The notes under the pieces were generated by a model. That model did no database searches and was not told where the DNA came from. It was given only the letters and a program-made list of their open reading frames with translations. DNA of 60,360 nucleotides, filler included, from Platydemus manokwari (taxonomy: Eukaryota): the NCBI GenBank assembly GCA_037951405.1. It is 5 parts of 5 records of this genome, joined end to end, with 100 filler letters (N's around TTAATTAATTAA, not from the genome) between each part and the next. Parts side by side here need not be neighbours in the genome. Positions count along the whole stretch, not along the records: positions 47,673 to 60,360 come from JBBMOY010013348.1; 4 more parts are not named here. One strand, written 5' to 3'. A program made the translations under genes and the position numbers. Of the stretch, positions 51,201-60,360 are shown piece after piece (the first letter of the stretch is position 1; every line of letters begins with the position of its first letter).

Positions 51201-53150
51201 TTTAGATATTTTTTAATCTTAATAAATCAAATTATTAATAAAGCAATTAATCAATAAAAAATTAATAATATTAATAAATTAAAAAATATAAATAAATTAT
51301 TGATTATATATAGAATATTAATGAGATTATTAAATAATTCAATACAAAATAAATAATTCAATAAATGCAATATTAATTAATATTTTATAAATCATTAAAA
51401 ATTAAAATAAAATGAACAAAAGTTCACAAATATTAATTAATGGACAATTAATTACTGGCTAATTAATTAATGGTTAATTAATTACTAATTATTAAAAATT
51501 ATATTATAATAAAAATCAATAAATACGTCTCCCATAAGTTTCCATACAGTGCTTATTGTTTTTATATATTTCAGATAAACAATTAAATGCGTTCAGATAA
51601 ATCACAACAAACTGAAATCCTCACTAAGTTCAAGACGCGGGATTCTTCAAAATGCTTGGAATGGATATAAAACGCTACAGTAAAGATTATTGAAAATTTC
51701 CTAAATCAGAAAGTGTCACAGATCAAATGAAAATATCTGATCCAATCAGTGATTACAAGAAATCTCACAGAAAATATAAGACGGTTGGTCGTTACAACTG
51801 ATGTTAGGAAGCCGGACATCAGCCTCAATTTGAAAACATATAAATGATATCCACTCAACACATGATAGGAGACGACCCAGATGAAATGAAAACAAATATT
51901 AGAAAGGTTTTCGAGATAGCATTGAATCCAATATTATATTTGCTTATATGTATGGAAAATTATGGGTCATCATGTATATACAATAATTCAATCGATATAA
52001 AATCAATAAATGGATGAAAAATCAATAATAATAATCAATGAATAGATCAATAATATTATCAAACTAATAGAAAATAATCAAATCAAATGATAATCAAGAG
52101 AAAATTAAAACAAAAAATGATGATTCGAGCAGAATATCAATGAAATAATAATAATAATAATCAAATGTGGGTGTCAATATTTTCATAGATCACATCAATA
52201 TACATATAAATATATATAAACGGTGAAAATATTTATTGTGTGTTCATTTGAAGATTTGATGAGTCATGAATTTAATTTTTAAGATCAATTAATGATTTTT
52301 AAAATTCATATGAGATCAATAAATATCGATTATTTCAATTAATCAATAAATATATAAATCCTTACTTTCCATTGGTTGTAAAATCGGTGGAGGTAATTCA
52401 AATCCATTAATCGAACTTGTATTCTTATTCGGTTTTTTATTTTTATCTGTTGAAACTTCCGTATTATTATACGATCCATTCAATACGACTTTATTCGAAT
52501 CAAGAGTGGCTGATTTGATGGTTTCTGATTTTTTTGACAACGTATTCTGTTTTTTCGGTCTTTTCCTCTAATAATACAAATTTTAAAATATTATAATAAT
52601 TGTTCAAATAACGAATAACTTTCTTCTTTTTTTTCTGTTTGGTTTCCTGTAACATTTCTTGACACCAGAGATGAAAGAAGAATGAAGGATCTGTATAAAA
52701 CTTCATGCTTTGCTTGTTGTCATACCTGAATTTATCAAGCTGATCCAGAGCTGGTGGGGGCTCACATTGCTGATAAATGGCCACAATTGAGTTTGGCATT
52801 GAGTTTGTATTGAGCACTTGTTGGTCTGCTTCCATTCGACTGCGATAAGGATTTGCTTGCAATGACATTAAACCTATAATGAGATCATCTTCTCTGATAG
52901 CTGTTTGTGATATTGTGAGTTTAAGAGTTTCAATTCTTTGATTAAGACGTTCACTTCGATTGGTAATTCCAATAAGCTGTTCAGTTAGTTCGGTAAATAT
53001 ATCACTGGCTTGAAGACTTAAAGAAGCTAGTTGGCGTGTTAAATTACTTAAAGTAGCATTGGCTACATATTCTAGCTCGTTGTCAACTTCTTTAGGAACA
53101 ATAACATTACTAACATTAACAGGTACAATTGCCCTTTTCGGTAAAGGCAT
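48216..53150 (-). CDS. WASF: WAVE/SCAR (WASP-family verprolin-homologous) actin nucleation-promoting factor; last exon not located
   Basis: Exons 53150-52620, 52567-52366, 48895-48678, 48629-48216 join in phase. WHD: MPLPKRAIVPVNVS...NELEYVANATLSNLTRQLASLS...CEPPPALDQL...KFYTDPSFFFHLW; basic region; poly-Pro; WH2 motif DLLTAIRNGIQLRKV. Confidence 0.93.
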
Positions 53151-56135
53151 TCTGTTAGGTTACTAAAATAAAAATATATCCTTAAATAATTAACGAACGC
53201 AATACGTAATATGTGCAAAAAATAAAAATCGAAATATAAATTTGGAATTAAGACTGTTTGTAATTACAAATATTGTTAAAATTAAAACACTAGGCAGATT
53301 TATAATTTTAAATAAAATTTGATCAGTTTTAATGAACAAGATACTTAAATTATTCAATGTTAATTCTCTCCTATATGTATTTTATTATTTATTTCAGTTT
53401 TTAAATTTATAAATATTCAATATAAATTTCATATTGAGAATGCATTCATTTACTATGTTAGATTATTTCTTAAATTTTGGAATAAAATTATTGAAATATA
53501 TTAAATGTTAAATAAATTGAAAAATTTTATTATCAAATTCTTTATAAAAGCTCACACAGATCATAAATTTTTTAGTTAACAAACTGACATAGTTGTAATT
53601 TTAATGAGGAAAGATTTAATATCCTTCAAGAACTAAGAGTTTTCCAATATTTTTTCGGTTTTTAAATTAAATAATAGAATTTTTGAAATTTTTTTAAAAT
53701 ACTTATATAATGTATATCACAAATTACAATTGTTGTTGAGGACAGGAAAATCTGGTATAAATAAATATAACGACTCCAGGCATAATGGAATATTTATTTC
53801 CACTATTGGCATATACGCGTCCTTATACGTCTGTACTAGCATGTACATTGACCAATCAAAATCATGATGAAGTGTAAGTCTCAATTCAAAGATAATTGAT
53901 TTCACAATTAAACAAGTATAGCGAAAAAAACATATCTCAATCCATAAATATTATTATTAATAATCAAAATTCAAGAAGAATAGCTGAAATCAAAAAGTGA
54001 AACAAATGTTCGGAAATTTGGGAAACGAAAAATTTGAGTATTGGAATCAAAAACAAGAAAATAATATGATCTATTATTATTTTTTATGATAGAAAAATTA
54101 TGAATGCGTTGATAGAATTGGAAATACATCATCCCAGGCTTTGATAATAAATATAATTTAAATTTAAGAAATAAAAGGATTTGAGATTTCTAATAAAATT
54201 TGGTAGATATGCTTATGCAGTTTAAGATTTATTGTGGTTAATAATAAGACAATTTTAGAGTTTGTTAAATAAATATGAAAACCCAGTAAATAGGGGAGCC
54301 CTATTGCTTAAAATTCAAATAGTTTAGCTGAACACCTGACTTTAAAAGGTGTATGTAAAAATCATGCATGATATAATGTTGAATTATAAAATATTAATAA
54401 AACAAATATCTGGGTAAGGTATGATAAAAATAACAGTTACTACAAATCTAAATCAAGTACAATGAAAGGGTAAATATTATGATAGCAATCAATGGAATGA
54501 ATATAAGTGATTTTTTTTTAACAAATAACTAGGCACTATATAATTAGAAGTCTTGTTTATTTCTTCTATTGTATTGTTCTATTCAAATGGAACTATAAAT
54601 TTATGTCGACCAATTATGACTATGACCGGGAGAGCCCTCCGGTTTGTTTATTGATAGTTAGTTCTAAAATAACCGTAGTTACTTTATTTGATTAATTTTT
54701 TTAGATTTTATAATTTTAATTCAGACTAGAAATATCGCCACGTAAACAAATATATTTATTAAAATATAACGATTTAATTATAATTAATTTTTTAGAAGTT
54801 ATTCTAGAACAATAATTATTCTTGTGTTTACCGACGAGAATTTTCCTGGTAGGAATACGATAGCAGTAAGATTGCAACAATCTACAATTCACAATGTCTT
54901 CTAAGAATAGGCTTTGAAAAATGGAGATTCATCGAGATATAATTAATATACTGGACTAAGAATGCGATTATATAATTTCTGTTTTTCCTTTCGTCTTGTT
55001 TTTATTAAAATTGATAAAATCTATATCGATATAATGTCAATGTTCTGCTAGTTATATGTAATAATATCGGAGTTCAATTTCTAATAGTTGTAGATGAGAG
55101 GAGAATCTTGGGTTTCAAAGTTTACTAATCGAAGTGAAAAATTTATAAATTCCTTTAAGAGTAGTAATTATGTTTCGGGCGATCTTTATAATTACCTCGC
55201 CTTATTTATATTATCAATTTTGTCTTTATTCTGTTTTTTATTTATTATTGATATTCATTGATACTATTTCTATCCCTCTATTAATCTAGTTGTTAATTTT
55301 AGTAGTCTGTTTATTTCAATTCTATTTTGAGATATCTTTTCTTCTATAATTAGATTTTTAATTTTATGAATCTATTTTTGGTTATATTAATAATTTAACT
55401 TGGAGTGAGTCATGATTTTATAAAAAAAAATTTCTGTGAATTATTATTATTATTTCATTTTTATAGGGTTGAACCCAACAAGTTATTTGATTAAAGTGAA
55501 ATTAAGTCCATTATAAAAGATAAATCTTCAGAAACAGATCCTCGCTCATACAATGAAAATTATGCGATAGTGTATGGTATTCTCCCCGAAGATGAAGTTG
55601 ATAAAACGAAAAATGTCGTCAATCAACACATTGTTTAAGATTGTTTTAAATAAATTTGTAGCTGAAATGGAAAATTTTCCAGACCATTTGTATGAAAATT
55701 TAAATATACCTTATCTTGAAATTTCTTGTGTACAACTTTATAATAAATAATAATAATAATTAATACATAATTTTTTCCGAAAATAACAACGTCATGACTC
55801 TCCCCGAATTGCAAACTAATTTATCCAAAATAGAACCATATTAATAAAAATGTAAATATAGAATAAAAGAAATCCAAATATAGAATTTTAAAAAATCAGT
55901 TACTAGAAATAGCAATCAATGAAAAAATGAGTAAAATTAGGATTAATAACTCCTTATAATAGAATAAAAATAAAACAAATAATTAGAGACCAGTATATAA
56001 GGAATAAGAACAAAGTAAAGTCACCTACTACTACATTATAGTTTCTACAAACTATCTTATTCTTTTCTACGAATCCGATAAATTATTTTTGTCACTTAAA
56101 TCTACTGTTGAGTTTTGGGACTTATAAGTTAATAT

Positions 56136-56210
56136 TCCCAACACCGATGAGTCCTTTAAGGATGATCTGATTTAAATTCAAATAAACTCTCTCGAATATC
56201 AGTCTATTTA
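56136..56210 (+). ncRNA. Decayed hammerhead-ribozyme-like motif
   Basis: cCGATGA-GTCC-tttaa-GGAT-GAt-CTGAT...ATCAG-TC: core box, stem II, stem III and a GUC triplet in the expected order, but with mutated catalytic positions. Confidence 0.4.
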
Positions 56211-58398
56211 ATCAATACAATAACTTATAACAATAATTTTTTACTGTATGAGTACTTTTATAAATCGAAACTATTATTAAAATAATAAATCAAAACGTAA
56301 GACAATTAAATTGGAATAATCCGCTATTGAAAATTATTACAAATTCGCAAAGTTCTATCAATTACAATTTACAATTATAGACAATTAATTTAATCAACAA
56401 TCAAAGTTATTTATTCAGCAACAAGCTCAAATTTAACTCAATCAATTTATGGTCTGTGAGTGGCAGATTAGAATTTAACGAAACGACCTATAGATAATGA
56501 TTTTAAAGGTTATCGATTTTAAAATATGTTTCAGTTTGCTTTCTTTATTCTTCGCACCTTGTTGTTTACGCCTTGTTTATGCAATACCCAGAATTGACAC
56601 AGATGTTCGATTTTCTTTCTATGAAGTCTTCTCAATTTATTAACTCGTTTCCTTGAAAATAATATCGTAGGCAGTTTGTCTTCAAGTTTTTAGCTTTTCC
56701 TGTGGAGATTTTTGTGTTTTATCGTTAAGATTTTGTGAGCGAAAATTAATAAATTTTGGTGCCTATTTATACTATTTTAGAAGTGGAAAATTTGCTTTAG
56801 AAATTGAAAATATTTTTATTTTTCCACTTCGAAATTAAAATTATTTTATTTTTTCAAAAATTTAATTCCAACTATTTTATTAATTCTATTTAATAAATTC
56901 TATCATTTTTAGACTTTTTAGAAATTCCAACGAATTAATTATGGAATTTCTATATATTATTAACTCACTTAAAAAAATTCTAAAATTTTATATAAGTTAT
57001 TTTTATTTTTGCTATTATTATTATTATTTTTAGGCGCCCATTTATTATTTTGTTGTCCGATTTATTTTTCTTTATTTTTGAGTTTATTTCCATGAAAAAT
57101 TTCCATTAATTTTCAAATATAATTTTTAACAAATACATTATACATTGAATACAATATACATTCAAGGAAGGATTAGAGAAATTACAATATCATAAGGTAA
57201 AGATTGTAGACAAATTTATAATCACAAAATGTTATAATGTAAGTTTTTCAGAGATATCCGAGATCATATTCCTCGTCTAAATCCACCTGCTTATGCATTC
57301 CCCACCATCCTGAGTTTTCTACTTTCGGGTCTTCTGGGATCATTGGTTCTGCTTTTATTGTTTCTTTTGACTCGTTTCTGCCGACTTTCTCGGGCTTATC
57401 CCCATGATAAACCCTTCCATCCCATTCTCCATTTTTGTCCAGTATTATCTTCTCATTATTCTAGGTACTTGGGGCATTTGTGGCTATGTTATAGTGCCTA
57501 TGTTATTACATACGAAAAATTACTACACATTTTATTAATCAATTCCTACATGCTATTTTGAAGATTATCTTAGAAACGGTTGGGAAACAAGAGACCGGCT
57601 AGTGCTCTACTCAAACACAACCCAAATATCCCAAATTTGCATCCCAAATAGAATTTAACGCTTAGGGGTCAATGGAAAATTCTTGGAAATGCTTTCAAAA
57701 CCGACTACTCATCCCAATGATTTAACATTTGTGAAATTTGAACATTTGTGAACTATTAATTGTTTTTACATTTTCTGATTCTTTTGAGTATGATTATGAT
57801 ATTCTTGAAAAATAATTCTTTTGATTATGATTTATTGAATGATATGGCATTTGTAAAAAATTGATTAATTTTTGCGGATTTTATAATATTTGTATAGAAT
57901 ATACAATATATATAATTTATAAAAATTCGAAAATAAACTAAATTAGACAATTTTAATTAGAAAAATTAAATAGGAATAAAAAAAAAATTAATTCATAATT
58001 TTTAAGGTTGACAAATTATATAATAAAATTTATTATGTCAGATAAATTTAATGAAATTTTAAGTTTAAGAACTTTGAAAATCATAAATAATTAAGGAGCA
58101 ATGTTAATAAAATGATAAAAATGTATGAAAGTTATGGAAAATCCGAGGTACAAAGTACCGGACTTAAGCAACTGTATAAGCAGAAGGATTTTCATCACAA
58201 TTTACTCTTACGAAAACTTCGAAAGTAAATCACACTTAACTAAAAGCAATTTGGCAATCTATATGGAAAATTACGAAGCTTGCAAAGTATAATTGATAAT
58301 TTTTGGTAATACTAATCGATAACAATCAACATAAATATCATCTATAATTAGGCTATATAAAATAAGAATTAAGAATTATTAAAAAGGATCTTTGACTA

Positions 58399-59369
58399 TA
58401 TAGGGGCCGGCAAAATAAATTTCGTTTTTATAAGTAATAAAATATCTGAAGAACCAAGTTAAAATTTTCTAGGTAGATCAATAACAAAACTGGAAAATTC
58501 AAGATTTAAATTTAAATAAATCGATTAGAGTTGGTTGGAACCGCATATTGAAACAAGAATTTGGAAAGAAGTCACTTTGCAGCAGATGGGTTCCTTACAT
58601 TCCGATCGATAATAAGAAGAGAATCAGAGTCACTTGCTGTGAAAAAATGCTGAATGTTTATTTGGCAAGATGAGCTAAGGAAAAGATCATTGTGATCGAT
58701 GAAAAATGATTTACCTTCGAGACGTACCTCCAAAAGAATGCAAACATATTTGGGTGGATGGCACAGGTGATCGTCCAACTATCTGATCGCAAATTTCTGA
58801 TTATTGTTGCCAGGAAACTATGCAAAATCACTCAAGTATTTCGAAAATCTTCACAACAGTTGATCCATCGACACTGAGAGACACCTACAATTCCTGTAGA
58901 ATATGATTTTAAGCTTTCAAACAAGACTTTTTGCATCGGAAATGGTTATTCAGCATGACAATGCCTGACGTCACACAGCACAGTTAATTCGACTTTGGCA
59001 TGAAGAACATCACGTGTCTCTATTAAAACCGCCGGTCTACTCATCCGGATCGGTTTATTTTCAGGAACTACGAGTGCTACTGACTTGGAGAAAACTTTAG
59101 TAATTCAGGAGAGGTGTTCAATGATTTCCGTCAATATTTGGAGTCAATATCAGAGGCCAAGCTCACAAACGAGTTTCAAAATTTTACATATCATCTCCAG
59201 AATGTCATTGAAGCTGATGGAGATTTTGTTTAAGTTCTGTTTTGGTTTGCTAATACTTAGTACAATTGCACATGCGATTTTCACAAATAAATGTTTTAAA
59301 TTGTATTTTTTTTTAGATTTTGGTAAGATTTAGTCGAAGTAGAAAACGAAATTATTTTAAAGGCCCATA
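58399..59369 (+). mobile_element. Internally deleted mariner element with both TIRs
   Basis: Left TATAGGGGCCGGCAAAATAAATTTCGTTTT, right AAAACGAAATTATTTTAAAGGCCCATA; internal peptides CSRWVPY, IIVIDEK*, IQHDNA*RHTA and PPVYS. Confidence 0.88.
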
Positions 59370-60139
59370 CACACATACACATTTAGGAGTTAGGTGTACA
59401 AATAAAATACGACAAATTTACATTAATAGAACTCAACTACTTATAGGGTTTTAATATTTAATTATCATCCAACTCTAAATTTGTTTGATTTCGAGTCACA
59501 CCAAGTCTTAAATTATATAAATCCAAGCAATAAATGATAAAGAATTGAATACATAATCATAAAGTTTTCCATAAAATCAGCTTCAATTTGATATATAGTT
59601 TGTTAAAATTGGTTCAAGTGATCAAAAGTTATAAATAATTCTCAGACCAGGCTCCGAACCGTTTCAATACCTTTCAATGCCCTTCTAAATATGTACTTGA
59701 TCAAATAAATGTAAATAATACCTTAACATCTAATCTCGATAACAATATTTTAAGCACAATATATTTCTCGATGAAATTTCAAATTACCGAGAAGTGAGTA
59801 TGTGCTAAAAACTCCCAAATCACTCTGTATGTAATGTAAATTATATTATTAACACCATTATTGTTATCTAATAAAACCTTTTCTTTTTTTCAATGGTATG
59901 TCTACTGATTTCGATCAAAAAGTATTTTATATATTGTGTTACCATAATGACTAAAACTGAATACCCAAGATTATAATTGGCGAATAACAGTTCATGCAAT
60001 TTCAATAATCTCTTCAAAACATAACTTCCATGTGTTGAATATAATTAACAAAATACTTGTAAATGATTAATTAATCACAACATTACAACTTAACCTCCAA
60101 AACAGTCTAACACAATTTCCAACATAAATGCAAAACTGA

Positions 60140-60247
60140 CATCTAATACTCTGGCAGCTAAATATGCTGGTATCCAATGGCAACTAAATATACTGGTATC
60201 TAATACACTGGCAACTAAATATACTGGTATCTAATACACTGGCATCT
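60140..60247. repeat. ~31-bp imperfect minisatellite, about 3.5 copies
   Basis: Unit ATCTAATACACTGGCAACTAAATATACTGGT. Confidence 0.85.
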
Positions 60248-60360
60248 GACCATCTCGGTCTCAATATTTATATTCGTATTTTCTGTGTTTCGCTTTTAAT
60301 TGATTGTTTTGTTTATTGCATTTTCGTTGGATCCGACGACCATAAGATGTGGGGATTAGT

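Noticed and set aside
51560-51900. Possible LINE RT fragment in the WAVE intron (VKIIENFLNQ...)
   Set aside because: Too short and degraded to support a call without a search.
57190-57720. GC-richer strand-biased block that may be a retroelement end
   Set aside because: No termini, TSD or diagnostic peptide could be established.
1-60360. tRNA, rRNA, snRNA or SL RNA genes, telomeric arrays, non-canonical introns or an altered genetic code
   Set aside because: None recognised by eye; all mapped junctions are GT-AG and the host genes translate cleanly in the standard code.

Overview
AT-rich eukaryotic (animal) scaffold window with four 100-bp assembly gaps, each containing an artificial TTAATTAATTAA linker. 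Minimal introns are about 41-65 nt and all mapped junctions are GT-AG. The short introns, AT-richness and TE spectrum fit a flatworm/planarian-type genome (inference only). Host genes: the 5' part of an axonemal outer-arm beta-type dynein heavy chain (minus, 15 exons mapped, runs off the window start, with candidate RFX X-boxes upstream); an intact 7-exon CRAL-TRIO (alpha-TTP/clavesin-like) gene with an inverted pseudogenic paralog fragment beside it; two divergently oriented, single-exon, 217-aa NAT8/camello-type membrane GNAT acetyltransferases; and a WAVE/SCAR gene (minus) whose terminal C-A exon I could not find. The rest is decayed mobile DNA: two RLE-type non-LTR retrotransposons (one with a Ulp1-like protease, NeSL/R5-type), a Gypsy family (3 LTR copies, tRNA-Ser PBS, gag and integrase remnants), mariner, pogo/Tigger and hAT remnants, and a possible Maverick ORF. 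Most unusual signals: (1) a small ORF inside the Gypsy LTR whose reading frame is preserved among three diverged LTR copies, (2) the gap-free but highly diverged GNAT pair, one flanked by arrays of an unclassified repeat, (3) a decayed hammerhead-like motif, and (4) a gap-truncated ORF with a C-terminal membrane anchor. All coordinates and alignments were read by eye; no searches were run.
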